The translations under genes and the position numbers were made by a program. Below, in pieces: positions 1 to 9,678 of a stretch of DNA of 64,000 nt. The stretch's first letter is position 1. Each line of letters starts with the position of its first letter. The stretch covers positions 882 to 64,881 of the forward strand of contig JBJMKM010000099.1 of assembly GCA_045805825.1 (NCBI GenBank), read 5' to 3'. A model generated the notes under the pieces. The model made no database searches, was not told the origin of the DNA, and worked only from the letters and a program-made list of their open reading frames with translations. Source of the stretch: Solirubrobacterales bacterium. Its GTDB lineage: Bacteria > Actinomycetota > Thermoleophilia > Solirubrobacterales > 70-9.

Positions 1-510
1 GCCTCCCGCGAAGTCGAGGGTCCCCTGCTGGGTGAGCCACCCTCCCCCGAAGGACCAGTGTGCGAGCACCGCGTAGACGGCTATGGACCAGATCGCGGCG
101 AACACCAGGAAGGCGCCGAAGCGCATCCGCTCTACGACGGCCCCCGAGATCAGGGCGACCGTGATGATGCAGAAGGTCGCCTGGAACGCGAAGAACACGA
201 GCTGCGGGATCGTGGTGCCCTCTCGCGGAGTGAAGCCGACGTCGTGCAGCGCGACGTTGTTGAGGCCGCCGAGCAGCGAGGCGGTGCCGTCGAACGCCAG
301 CGAGTAGCCGACGAGTGCCCACGTGACCGTCGCGATGGCGATCGCCGCAACGCACATCATGAAGGTGTTGAGGGTGTTCTTCGACCGGACCAGTCCCGCG
401 TAGAAGAGGCCCAGAGCCGGCGTCATCATCAGCACGAGCGCCGTCGCGACCAGCATCCACGCCGTATCGCCGGTGTCCACCTTCGCGGCAGCCAGGATGG
501 TGAGATCCAT
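1..510 (-). CDS. amtB: Ammonium transporter (Amt/MEP family), N-terminal ~170 codons; the gene continues past the window start
   Basis: Not in the ORF track because it runs off the edge. My translation of the minus strand from ATG 510-508 gives MDLTILAAAKVDTGDTAWMLVATALVLMMTPALGLFYAGLVRSKNTLNTFMMC...FAFQATFCIITVALISGAVVERMRFGAFLVF...HWSFGGGWL, typical Amt TM1-TM5 signatures. The start overlaps the glnK stop (TGATG). Confidence 0.85.
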   Translation of the reverse strand, partial: MDLTILAAAKVDTGDTAWMLVATALVLMMTPALGLFYAGLVRSKNTLNTFMMCVAAIAIATVTWALVGYSLAFDGTASLLGGLNNVALHDVGFTPREGTTIPQLVFFAFQATFCIITVALISGAVVERMRFGAFLVFAAIWSIAVYAVLAHWSFGGGWLTQQGTLDFAGG

Positions 511-863
511 CAGTCCGCCACCGGGGTCACTGCCTCGACGTCGGCCTCGCCGGTACGGATGCGCACCGCCCGCTCGAGCGGGACGACGAAGATCTTCCCG
601 TCACCGACCTCGCCCGTCCGCGCACCGGCGCACAGGGCATCGATCGTCGTCTGCACGAACGAGTCCGAGACGGCGATCTCGAACCGGACCTTGTCGGACA
701 TCCCCACCTGCACGGTCGTGCCGCGGTAGGTCTCCACCCGGTCGAGCTCACCGCCGTGACCACGGACCCGGCTGAGCGACAGGCCGCGGACCTCGGCGCG
801 ATAGAGCGCCTCCAAAACGTCATTCGCCTTCTCCGGGCGGACGATTCCGATCACCAGTTTCAC
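510..863 (-). CDS. glnK: Nitrogen regulatory protein P-II
   Basis: 117 aa from GTG at 863, with GAGAGGAGGGG just upstream. Sequence VKLVIGIVRPEK...GGELDRVETYRGTT (T-loop Tyr)...GDGKIFVVPLE. The longer track ORF 510..1007 has an N-terminal extension with no P-II similarity. Confidence 0.9.
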   Translation of the reverse strand: MKLVIGIVRPEKANDVLEALYRAEVRGLSLSRVRGHGGELDRVETYRGTTVQVGMSDKVRFEIAVSDSFVQTTIDALCAGARTGEVGDGKIFVVPLERAVRIRTGEADVEAVTPVAD

Positions 864-921
864 GTCCCCTCCTCTCTTCAGCGGCGAACCTACCGCCGCC
901 GGGGGACGGCTTTTCCGCGCA

Positions 922-1824
922 CTAGGAGTGAGACTCGCCCGCCTCGGCGATCGCGCGGCGCAGGGTCTCGTCGAACGGGGCGGGTACGACTCCGAAGGGC
1001 TCGGCACCCGAAGGATCGGTGACGACGGTCTCGGTAACCAGTCCTTCGACGAGCGGTCGAGCCACGTTGGTGTCGATGGGCGTAACCAGCCCCAGCCACA
1101 GTGACGAGAGACCGGGGCTCAGTACCGGGACGGGAATCTTTATACGCGGCCGCTTCCCGAGGGCGAGCGCCATGCGGTCGAGCATGTCGCCGTACGAAAG
1201 GACGTCGGGGCCGCCTATCTGCACCTCGCGCCCGCGAGACTCCGCGACCGCGGGCGCCCGCGAGAGATAGGCGACCACGTCGTCGATGCCGATCGGCTGC
1301 GTGTCCGTCTGGAGCCAGGCCGGAGCGACCATCACCGGGAGGCGTTCAACCAGGTAGCGCAACGTCCGGTACGACTCGCTGCGGGCCCCGACCACCATCG
1401 CGGCCCTGAAGTACGTCAGCGGCGGGCCCTCCGCCCCAAGGATCTCGGCGGTGTGATGACGACTTCGCAGGTGACGCGAGACCGCCTCGCCTCCCAAGCC
1501 CCCGAGGTACACGACGCGGCCCACCCCCTCCGCCGCGGCCATCCGCGCGAAGTTGCTCGCGGCCCGCGCCTCGCGCTCCTCGAAGTCGACGCCCCCCGCC
1601 ATCGCGTGCACCAGGTAGTAGGCGACGTCTACGTTCTCGCCCGCCCCCCGCAGGCTGGCCTCGTCCAGAACGTCGCCGGTGTGCGGCTCGTAGCCCTGGC
1701 GCCGAAGGGCCTGTGCCTTTTCCCTCGACCGTGCGAGGGCTCGCACGTCCTGTCCCTGGCGAGCGAGCTCGGCGGTCAGCCTGGTGCCGATGAAGCCGGT
1801 TGCCCCGGCGACCAGCGCGCGCAC
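922..1824 (-). CDS. NAD(P)H-binding atypical SDR / NmrA-like oxidoreductase
   Basis: GTG at 1824 lies one nt after the upstream stop (TAG 1828-1826). Rossmann N-terminus VRALVAGATGFIGTRL. The track ORF start at 1947 would overlap the upstream gene. Confidence 0.7.
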   Translation of the reverse strand: MRALVAGATGFIGTRLTAELARQGQDVRALARSREKAQALRRQGYEPHTGDVLDEASLRGAGENVDVAYYLVHAMAGGVDFEEREARAASNFARMAAAEGVGRVVYLGGLGGEAVSRHLRSRHHTAEILGAEGPPLTYFRAAMVVGARSESYRTLRYLVERLPVMVAPAWLQTDTQPIGIDDVVAYLSRAPAVAESRGREVQIGGPDVLSYGDMLDRMALALGKRPRIKIPVPVLSPGLSSLWLGLVTPIDTNVARPLVEGLVTETVVTDPSGAEPFGVVPAPFDETLRRAIAEAGESHS

Positions 1825-1825
1825 G

Positions 1826-2533
1826 CTATCGGTCCACCCGCTCGCTCGGCAAATCGTGTGGATCCTCCTCCGCGTCGGGGAGGGCACCCGCGGCGATCTC
1901 GCCCGGGAGAACGCCGACGCTCGTTGGAGGCAGCTCGAGGCGTGCAAGGGACCGCAGGAATCCGTATGTCACGAAGACGTGGACTCGGACCTGCGTGTGG
2001 CTGTAGAGCCACGTCCCGAAGCGCGCAAACCTTCCGGATCCCCGGAGCCAGGGGTAGAAGTTGCGGACCTCAGCGCTGACAGCGACGCACCCCCGCGCCG
2101 GTCCCGGGTCCGGACGCCTGTCGATTGAGATCCGCAGGAAGCCCTGTCCCCGCCCTTCTCTCGCGACGAGCAATCCGCGGTCGATCTGCCAGGTAACGGT
2201 CCCGTGGCGCGGCGTGAACTCGTATTCGGGAGCCTTGAAGCGCAGGAGGCTGAACGGCCGCACGAGCAGCACGACAGTTCGACCGGTGGGGGAGTACACG
2301 ACCCGCAAGAGCCCGAGCGAAAGACGGTTCAGATAGCGCCAATACGCGCGCGCGAGACGTTCGAGGGTCGCCGGCTTCCAGAGACCCTCGAGCGTTTCCG
2401 CCGGCATCTCGAGCTCGGCGCGCTGGACCGACGAAACAGCCCCGGTCTCGGACACGCGCTCCGTGCGTGGCGGATCGGTGATCCTCACCTCCGCCGGGGT
2501 GGCTGGTCGAGGCAGTGCCACAACGGTCGTCAT
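1826..2533 (-). CDS. Conserved hypothetical protein, apparently co-transcribed with the SDR gene
   Basis: 235-aa ORF with coding-like composition, tightly coupled to the downstream gene. I recognise no catalytic motif; a possible DUF2867-like SDR partner is only a guess. Confidence 0.45.
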   Translation of the reverse strand: MTTVVALPRPATPAEVRITDPPRTERVSETGAVSSVQRAELEMPAETLEGLWKPATLERLARAYWRYLNRLSLGLLRVVYSPTGRTVVLLVRPFSLLRFKAPEYEFTPRHGTVTWQIDRGLLVAREGRGQGFLRISIDRRPDPGPARGCVAVSAEVRNFYPWLRGSGRFARFGTWLYSHTQVRVHVFVTYGFLRSLARLELPPTSVGVLPGEIAAGALPDAEEDPHDLPSERVDR

Positions 2534-2606
2534 ACCCGATCTACCCGGCGTCGAGCGAGCCGCCCGAAGCTGAGGACGACGGCTAGACCCTCATCCCGTC
2601 AGGGAG

Positions 2607-3344
2607 TCAATCGGGGTACTCGTCCTTGCGCCAGGCCCGGACCTCGCTGTCCGGAGCCTTGGGCGTTCGGGCGAGCAGGAACGCGTGGTACGGCGCCACG
2701 AACGGATCGGGAGCCATGACCGTGTAGGTGTGGTAGATCGTCCCGTTCTCGCGCGCGAAGGCGATCCAGCCAGGGCCCTCCCGCAGGCCATCCTTCAGCT
2801 CCGCGCCCACCTGCTCAGACCAATCCTGAAGCCAGTCAGGCGGGTTGTCGATCATCTCCTTGACCTCGGGGATCGACTGTGCCTGTTCCTCCGTCATCGC
2901 GAGGCCGAAGTCCCAGGGAAAATCGGTGTCGTAGGTCGAGACGTAGGGGAACCGCCATCCCATGCGCTCCTTGTAGGGCGTGAGGCGGTCGATCGGCGCG
3001 CGGGAGAAGCACATCAGCGTCACATCGCGCTGGTTCATGTGGATGAGCGAGCCATCGAGCTCGTCGGCGAGATTGGTGCACCCGGGACAGGCGCCCTTCG
3101 AGTAGTCGGGCCCGTACATGACGTTGTAGGCGAGAAGCTGTGACCGACCCTCGAACAGATCGGCCAGGCTCTTCTTGCCGTCCTCGGTATCGAACACGTA
3201 CTCCTTCTCCACCGGGACCCAGGGAAGCTCGCGCCGCTTCTCGATGATCTCGTTGTTTCGCTCGGCCTGCTCGGCCTCGAGCTTCGCCAGCTCATCCCGC
3301 GCCGCCTGCCACTCCTCGCGGGTTCCGATCTTGAATTCAGCCAT
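2607..3344 (-). CDS. DUF899 family thioredoxin-like protein
   Basis: MAEFKIGTREEWQAARDELAKLEAE...ELPWVPVEKEYVFDT..G...LADLF.GRSQL..YNVMYGPD...ACPGCT: layout and CPGC motif as I remember for DUF899. Confidence 0.75.
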   Translation of the reverse strand: MAEFKIGTREEWQAARDELAKLEAEQAERNNEIIEKRRELPWVPVEKEYVFDTEDGKKSLADLFEGRSQLLAYNVMYGPDYSKGACPGCTNLADELDGSLIHMNQRDVTLMCFSRAPIDRLTPYKERMGWRFPYVSTYDTDFPWDFGLAMTEEQAQSIPEVKEMIDNPPDWLQDWSEQVGAELKDGLREGPGWIAFARENGTIYHTYTVMAPDPFVAPYHAFLLARTPKAPDSEVRAWRKDEYPD

Positions 3345-3505
3345 GGCGCCTCCTCCTCTATTCGGTGGGCAATCAGCTGATGAGACCGCCCAACGCCCGA
3401 AAACTCATCGGTTTGCCTCGCTCAGCGCTCCACGGTATCGATGACCTTGGCGCAGCAGCTCGGCTTGATTCGCTCAGTCCGCCGGGATAGAGTTGTCAGC
3501 AGCGG

Positions 3506-4972
3506 ATGGATCCAGGGGGACGCCGGAGGAGGGTCGTGGTCGCAGCGTTTGCGGCGTGCTTGGCGCTCCCTGCCCTCGCTGTCTCCACTCAGGCGGACAC
3601 CATCCAGGTTCGCAACACCCACGACGCCGGCCCTGGATCGCTGCGCCGGGCCATCAACCAGGCGAGTCCCGGCGACACGATCGTCGTACCCGCCGGCACC
3701 TACAGGTTGACGAGCGGCGAGCTCTTGATCGACAAGGCGCTGACGATCCATGGCCGGGGAGCCTCGAGGACCGAGATCAATGCCGGTGGCGACAGTCGCG
3801 TGTTCGACGTCACGTCACTCGCCGACCCGGTGGAAATCTCACAGCTGGCCGTCGCGGGCGGCCGCGACCAGTACGGCGGTGGCATTAGGAACGCGGGCAA
3901 CCTGACGCTGAACCGTGTTTTCCTCCATAACAACCGCGCCGCCGGAGATCCCAACTTCACCGCGGGCGGCGGCATCGCGAACACCGGCACCCTGAAGGTG
4001 GTCCGCTCGGTGTTGCGCGAGAACCGGACGAGCGCTGTCGCCGAGGGATTCGGCGGGGCGATCTCGGCCGGATTTCCCGGGTCGGTGAGCGGTCCGGTCA
4101 CGATCACGCAAAGCCGCATCGTGGAGAACGCGGCGCCAGAGGACGGGTTCGGCGGCGCGGTGGGCTGGCAGACAAACGCCAACGCCGAGGACGCCGGCGT
4201 GAAGATCGTGAAGAGCACGTTCTCCTCGAACACCGCGACCGGCGGAAGCAACTTCAGTGCCCCCGGGGGAGCGATCTTCTTCAATCCCTATGAGCTCGTG
4301 GGCGGAGTCGAGCTCGAGCTCGTAGTGCGCAGGAGCACGTTCGACCACAACCGCGCCGTGACTCCCGGCCAGGAAAGCTGGGGAGGCGCGATCGGCTTCC
4401 AGGGCCGGGCCCTGACCAGCGGGGGCAGCACGCCCCTCACCCTGGTCAACAACACACTGACCCAGAACACGGCCGGCGGCCAGGGTGGTTCCGGTTTCGG
4501 TGGCGCGGTCTGGATCGACGCCGTCGCGAGCGACGGCGGAACCGTCCCGATGACCCTCCTCAACGATACGATCGCTCGCAACACGGCAGCGGGCAGCGGC
4601 GAGGGGGGCGGGATCGATTTCAGCGTCGGCGGCTTGACTCCTCCCGCGGCGCCTACCGTCCTGAACGCGATCGTGGCCCAGAATTCCGCGGCCATGGGCC
4701 CCGACTGCAACGCCCCGGTCACCTCCGCTGGCTACAACATCGAGCGCCACCAGAGCTGCGGCTTCAACGGTCCGGGGGACCAGCAGGACACGAACCCGCT
4801 CCTTGGCGTACTCGCGAAGAACGGGGGGCCAACCCAGACGATGGCGCTCCGCCCCGGCAGCCCCGCGATCAACCGTGGCACGAACACGAACTGCCCCGGA
4901 ACCGACCAGCGCGGTGTGCCTCGCCCGCAGGGCCCGCGATGTGACATCGGCGCGTTCGAGGTGCGCAGGTAG
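3506..4972 (+). CDS. Secreted right-handed beta-helix protein with C-terminal choice-of-anchor-Q-type domain
   Basis: Signal peptide RRRRVVVAAFAACLALPALAVSTQA. Gly/Asn-rich GGAI/GGGI repeats. The C-terminal DQRGVPRPQGPRCDIGAFE matches the choice-of-anchor Q signature. Confidence 0.7.
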   Translation: MDPGGRRRRVVVAAFAACLALPALAVSTQADTIQVRNTHDAGPGSLRRAINQASPGDTIVVPAGTYRLTSGELLIDKALTIHGRGASRTEINAGGDSRVFDVTSLADPVEISQLAVAGGRDQYGGGIRNAGNLTLNRVFLHNNRAAGDPNFTAGGGIANTGTLKVVRSVLRENRTSAVAEGFGGAISAGFPGSVSGPVTITQSRIVENAAPEDGFGGAVGWQTNANAEDAGVKIVKSTFSSNTATGGSNFSAPGGAIFFNPYELVGGVELELVVRRSTFDHNRAVTPGQESWGGAIGFQGRALTSGGSTPLTLVNNTLTQNTAGGQGGSGFGGAVWIDAVASDGGTVPMTLLNDTIARNTAAGSGEGGGIDFSVGGLTPPAAPTVLNAIVAQNSAAMGPDCNAPVTSAGYNIERHQSCGFNGPGDQQDTNPLLGVLAKNGGPTQTMALRPGSPAINRGTNTNCPGTDQRGVPRPQGPRCDIGAFEVRR

Positions 4973-6115
4973 TCAGTCCGGTCGCTCACTCTCGCCGAGC
5001 GCCGTCAGGACCAACGCCAGCGCGATCGCCGCCCGCGGCTCGACCGAATCGACCAGTACGTGCTCGTCCGGATTGTGCGCCGCGCCGCCACGCGGCCCGA
5101 GCCCGTCGACGGTCAGTGCGATGACGGGCGCGAAGTGGCTGGCATCGCTCGCGCCGCCGCGGCCCGCCGCGACGATACGCCGTCCGCCTGCATCGGTCGC
5201 CTGAGCAAGCAAGCCGGCGGTCGCCTCGCGGGAATCCATCGGGGGCCAGCGGCGCAGCAGCTCGGTTTGCAGCGTCGCGCCGCCCACCTCAGTCGGCACG
5301 GCGGACGCGACCGTATCGATCGCCTCCAGGGAACTCGCCCGCGTGTCGCAGAGCAACTCGCCGGAAGCGGGTACGACGTTGAACGCGTCGCCGCTATGAA
5401 TCACGGTCGGGACGGCGGTGAGCCGCTCTGGACCCGTGGGGTCGTGTCGCGCCGCCACCGCTGTGGCGGCCGCGGTGAGCGCGAGTAGCGCATTGGCGCC
5501 GCGGTCCGGGGCCGAGCCGGAATGCGCCGCCCGTCCGGTGGCCCTGACCCGGATCGTCCCGGCGGCCTTTCGCCGCACCACGACCGCCTCTTCCCCGCCC
5601 GCGAGCTGTCCCGCCTCGAAGCACAGGCACGCGTCCCAGCCGGCAAATCGATCGACGTGCGCGAAGGGCGCCGTGCGCCACTCCTCGTCCCCCACGAGCA
5701 ATAGAGCGACCTCGGCGAAGTCGGCACGCCTGGTGGCCAGCGCACGGAGCAGGGCGAGGGCGAACACGTCACCGCCCTTCATGTCCACCGAGCCTGACCC
5801 GATCCATCGGTCTTCCGCCTGCTCGAGGGGCCGATGGGTGTCATGCGCATGCACCGTGTCGAGGTGACCGACCAGCAAGAGCCGGGCGCGGCCGGTGCCC
5901 TGAAGCCGGAGGACCAGATCCGGCGCATGCTCCGGCGACGAGCAGGGCGGCCGCTCGACGGACGTCTCCTCAGGGGCGAGGGCGATTGCGATCGCGGCGC
6001 ACTCCTCGAAGGCCACCGCGTCGCCGCTGGGCGAGGAGACCGCGACGAGCGCGGCGAGATCGCGCTCGAATCGCGCCGCGATGCGGGCGGCCTCTGCCCT
6101 TATCCACTCCTCCAT
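4973..6115 (-). CDS. M20/M25/M40 family metallohydrolase (carboxypeptidase G2-like)
   Basis: LLLVGHLDTVH, GSGSVDMKGG and LLLVGDEEW metal-ligand motifs; 380 aa. Confidence 0.75.
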   Translation of the reverse strand: MEEWIRAEAARIAARFERDLAALVAVSSPSGDAVAFEECAAIAIALAPEETSVERPPCSSPEHAPDLVLRLQGTGRARLLLVGHLDTVHAHDTHRPLEQAEDRWIGSGSVDMKGGDVFALALLRALATRRADFAEVALLLVGDEEWRTAPFAHVDRFAGWDACLCFEAGQLAGGEEAVVVRRKAAGTIRVRATGRAAHSGSAPDRGANALLALTAAATAVAARHDPTGPERLTAVPTVIHSGDAFNVVPASGELLCDTRASSLEAIDTVASAVPTEVGGATLQTELLRRWPPMDSREATAGLLAQATDAGGRRIVAAGRGGASDASHFAPVIALTVDGLGPRGGAAHNPDEHVLVDSVEPRAAIALALVLTALGESERPD

Positions 6116-6131
6116 GCCTTGAGGCGTGAGC

Positions 6132-7769
6132 CTACGAGTTCCGTCGCTCGAGTATCGACGTCAGCGGTTGCGTGTTGACGACGTCCGTGGCGGTCGCCCA
6201 GCCGCGGCGGGCCGTCGCGACCGAGAACGCCATGTTGTCGAGGCCGCGCACCGAGTGCGCGTCAGTTGAGCAGACGATCCTCACGCCGGCGCGTAGCGCG
6301 TCGCGGACGTGCTCGCCGCGAAGGTCGAGACGGTCGGGAAGGCCGTTTACCTCGAGCGCCACCCCTTGCTCGAGCGCGACTTCGAGTGTGCGCTCCAGGT
6401 CGAGGGCGTTCTCCGGCCGCCTGTTGATGTACCGCCCCTTCGGGTGGCTGAGGCAGCGGACGTACGGGTTTCGCAGCGCTTCCGTGACCCGCTTCGTCAT
6501 CTCACGCCGAGGCATCCGCTGTCCGCCATGGACGCTTGCCTGCACCCAGTCGAGCTCCGCGAGCACGTCGTCGGGCAGATCAAGCCGCCCGTCGGTGAGG
6601 ATGTCGCACTCGATTCCCGCCAGGACTCGAAACGGCGAAAGCTTCTCGTTGGCCGCCGCGATCTCCTCGGCCTGACGGCGAACGTCGTCCGGCGTGAGGC
6701 CGCGGACCGCGCCGACGGCCGGCGTGTGGTCGCAGATCGCGAGGTAGTCGTAGCCGCGCTCGCGGGCCGCAAGGCCCATCTCCTCGACGCTCGCCCGTCC
6801 GTCGGACCAAGTCGTGTGGCTATGCAGATCGCCCCGGATGTCCGAGAGCTCGACGAGCGGTGGAGGCTCGCCGCGAAACGGCTCCTCGCGCAGCTCCGGC
6901 GGGCACCACGGCAGGTCGAGCGCGCGGTAGATGCCCTGCTCGTTCGGCGCCTCCGGCAACGGCTCGAGCGCGGCGACGTAGGCGCCCGAGCCGGTCGCGC
7001 GTAGGAGGGCCGTGCCAAAGCGCTCCGGCTCGGCGACGACGAGCTCGACCGGTACGCCCTCGACGGTCACGCCCAGCGCGCGGCGCTCGTCGCTATCGAT
7101 GATCGCGACCACCTGCGGACGCGAGGCGAAGCGCTCCAGCAGCGGCCGGGGATCCTGCGCGGCGCAGACCACCGAGAGGTGCTCACACGAATCGCGCCAC
7201 CGCCGCACGTCCCCCGCGGGCTCGCCGTCGAGCGCTGCCGAAAGTCCTCCGACGAGATCGCGGGCGCGGTTGAGAAGAAGCCCACGTCGCGCACGGGGCT
7301 CGGGATCGCGGGCAAGCGCCTCGAGGAGCCGCGCCTCGGTCTTTGGCCCGATCCCGGGGACGGTGCGCAGCCGGCCAGCAGCCGCCGCATCGCGAAACTC
7401 ATCGGCGGTGTGCACGCCGAGTGTCCGCGCGAGCTCGACCGAGCGCTTGGCGCCCAACCCCAGGTAGCGGCCGAGGCCAATGAGATCGGGCGCCAGGTCG
7501 CGCTCGAGCTCGGCCAGCTCGGCGATCTCACCGGTCTCCACGAGCTCGCGCAGACGCGCCTCGATCCCCGGGCCGATGCCCCGCAGCTCGCGCGCCCGCC
7601 CGGCGGTGACGAGCTCCGCGACTGGCAGCGCTACCCCCCTGATGGTCTCGGCTGCCCGACTGTAGGCGCGCGTCGTGTACGGACTCGCCTCGTTGAGCTC
7701 GAGCAAGGTCGCGAACGCGTCCAGACGATCGGCGATCTGTGCGTTGTCCATCGGGCGTAGTGTCCTCAC
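6132..7769 (-). CDS. polX: DNA polymerase X family protein with C-terminal PHP phosphoesterase domain
   Basis: N-terminal HhH/PolX region (NAQIADRLDAFATLLEL...YRAAETI...LRGIGPGIEARL) and PHP motif (GDLHSHTTWSDG...DYLAICDHTP). Start is either GTG 7769 or ATG 7751. Confidence 0.85.
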   Translation of the reverse strand: MRTLRPMDNAQIADRLDAFATLLELNEASPYTTRAYSRAAETIRGVALPVAELVTAGRARELRGIGPGIEARLRELVETGEIAELAELERDLAPDLIGLGRYLGLGAKRSVELARTLGVHTADEFRDAAAAGRLRTVPGIGPKTEARLLEALARDPEPRARRGLLLNRARDLVGGLSAALDGEPAGDVRRWRDSCEHLSVVCAAQDPRPLLERFASRPQVVAIIDSDERRALGVTVEGVPVELVVAEPERFGTALLRATGSGAYVAALEPLPEAPNEQGIYRALDLPWCPPELREEPFRGEPPPLVELSDIRGDLHSHTTWSDGRASVEEMGLAARERGYDYLAICDHTPAVGAVRGLTPDDVRRQAEEIAAANEKLSPFRVLAGIECDILTDGRLDLPDDVLAELDWVQASVHGGQRMPRREMTKRVTEALRNPYVRCLSHPKGRYINRRPENALDLERTLEVALEQGVALEVNGLPDRLDLRGEHVRDALRAGVRIVCSTDAHSVRGLDNMAFSVATARRGWATATDVVNTQPLTSILERRNS

Positions 7770-7826
7770 TCACCGGCCTACGGGGCGCTTGACCGGCGTC
7801 GAAGGAGCGTCGTTACGATCGACGCG

Positions 7827-9530
7827 ATGACGGCGGAAGAGATGGCGAGCGACTACGCGCCGACCCCGGTCGAGGACTTCCTGGACCCCGACGATCCGAT
7901 CCTCTTCCCGCGTCTGACTCCGGGGCAGATCGAGTACCTGGCGGAGATCGGTACCCGGGTGTCATTCGCGCGCGGGGACCTCGTGTGGGAGCACGGCCAG
8001 CGCGAGACCCCGATGTATGTGATCGAAACCGGGGCCGTGGACGTCATCGACCAGGCGCCGGAGGGCGACCGGTACTTCACCCAGTGCAGGCCGGGGACCT
8101 TCGCCGCCGATATCTCCATGTTCACCGGGGAGCCCACGCTCGCCGCCGGGTTTGCGGCCGAGCCGACGTCACTCGTGGCGCTGCCGCCCGAGGACGTCCG
8201 CCGGGTGGTTGCGACGACCGCCGAGCTCGGCGACCTCCTCCTGCGGACGATGGTCACGCGAAGGGAGTGGCTGCAGGGCCGCGGCTTGGGTCAGCAACGC
8301 TTGATCGGCTCACGATGGTCGGGCGAGGCATTCGCCGTGCGGGAGCTGCTCGAGCGCAACCTCGTTCCCTTCACCTGGCATGACCTAGCCACCGACGAGG
8401 AGAGCCGGGTCCTGCTCGAGGGGCTCGGCATCGGGGAGACCGAATGCCCGGTCCTGGTCCGTTCGGACAGCGTCATCCGGCAAGCCACGGTGACGTCCAT
8501 CGCCGATGAGCTCGGCCTGCGAGCGGAGGTCGACGGCCAGACCTTCGACGTCGTCGTGATCGGCGGCGGTCCCGCCGGGTTGGCCGCGGCGGTGTACGCC
8601 TCCTCCGAGGGCCTGAAGACCCTCGTCGTCGAACGGTTCGCGCCGGGCGGTCAGGCGGGGACGAGCGCCCGTATCGAGAACTACCTCGGCTTCCCGACCG
8701 GTCTCACCGGGGCGGAGCTGGCTCGCCGGGCGACGCTTCAGGCGCGCAAGTTCGGCGCCGTGATCTCCAGCGTCCACGAGGCCTCGCGTGTGTCCGAGCC
8801 GAACGCGGAGGGACTGCGGGAAATCGGGCTCGGGGACGGCCAGCGCGTCACGGCCCGATCGGTCGTCCTGGCCCCCGGCGCGGACTATCGCCGGCTGCCG
8901 GCGGAGAACGCGGATCGATTCGAGGGCCTGGGCCTGTACTACGCCGCGACGCACACCGAGGCGCAGCAGTGCACGCAGGAGGTTGTTGTCGTCGTCGGCG
9001 GAGCAAACTCGGCCGGCCAGGCCGCGGTCAAGCTTGCGGACCACGCGCGCGAGGTCCACGTCGTCGCCCGCCGGCCGCTCGAGGTGGCGATGTCGCGCTA
9101 TCTGGTCGATCAGATCGAGGCCAAGTCCAACGTCACCGTCTGGTCCGGGTGCGAGGTACGAACGCTCGAGGGGGATGAGAAGCTCGAGGCAGTCGTGATC
9201 GCCGGCGCTGGACCGGATCGCCGGGTCGAGACCTCGGCGGTGTTCGCCATGATCGGCGCGTCACCAAGGTCGGAGGGGCTCGTCGACTATGTCGGCCAGG
9301 ATGACAAGGGTTTCGTGGTCACCGGCGAAGAGGCCCGTCGCCACCCTGAATTCGCGCGACACTGGAACGGGTCGGATCGAGGCCCGCTGATGCTCGAGTG
9401 CACACGCCCCGGTGTCTTTGCCGTCGGCGACGTCCGTAGAGGCTCCACCAAGCGGGTAGCCGCGGCCGTTGGTGACGGCGCTCTGGTCGTCCGCTCCATC
9501 CACGCTTCGCTCGGCCCGGGCCAGGCCTAG
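7827..9530 (+). CDS. Cyclic-nucleotide-binding domain fused to a thioredoxin-reductase-like FAD/NAD(P) oxidoreductase (no CxxC)
   Basis: N-terminal cNMP-binding fold (VSFARGDLVWEHGQRETPMYVIETGAVDV...). FAD site DVVVIGGGPAGLAAAVYASSEG, NAD(P) site VVVVGGANSAGQAAV, C-terminal GVFAVGDVR. The redox-active CATC position reads ATHTEAQQC. Confidence 0.8.
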   Translation: MTAEEMASDYAPTPVEDFLDPDDPILFPRLTPGQIEYLAEIGTRVSFARGDLVWEHGQRETPMYVIETGAVDVIDQAPEGDRYFTQCRPGTFAADISMFTGEPTLAAGFAAEPTSLVALPPEDVRRVVATTAELGDLLLRTMVTRREWLQGRGLGQQRLIGSRWSGEAFAVRELLERNLVPFTWHDLATDEESRVLLEGLGIGETECPVLVRSDSVIRQATVTSIADELGLRAEVDGQTFDVVVIGGGPAGLAAAVYASSEGLKTLVVERFAPGGQAGTSARIENYLGFPTGLTGAELARRATLQARKFGAVISSVHEASRVSEPNAEGLREIGLGDGQRVTARSVVLAPGADYRRLPAENADRFEGLGLYYAATHTEAQQCTQEVVVVVGGANSAGQAAVKLADHAREVHVVARRPLEVAMSRYLVDQIEAKSNVTVWSGCEVRTLEGDEKLEAVVIAGAGPDRRVETSAVFAMIGASPRSEGLVDYVGQDDKGFVVTGEEARRHPEFARHWNGSDRGPLMLECTRPGVFAVGDVRRGSTKRVAAAVGDGALVVRSIHASLGPGQA

Positions 9531-9548
9531 ACATGAGCTTGTGATCCG

Positions 9549-9650
9549 CTCGTGGATGAAGCCGACCAGGCCGCCCCCGCCGACCGCCGCCGCACAGCGG
9601 TTCGACGAGCTCGTGCGAACGTCGCCGGCCGCATAGACGGAGCCGCAGCC
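9549..9650 (-). pseudogene. Possible relic of the C-terminus of a second TrxR-like gene
   Basis: The minus-strand frame reads GCGSVYAAGDVRTSSSNRCAAAVGGGGLVGFIHE, resembling the G(V/I)(F/Y)AAGDV...AAG.G motif of TrxR-family C-termini. There is no upstream homology, start, or proper stop. Confidence 0.25.
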
Positions 9651-9678
9651 CTTTCGCTCCTCGCGTGAGTCGCAGCAA

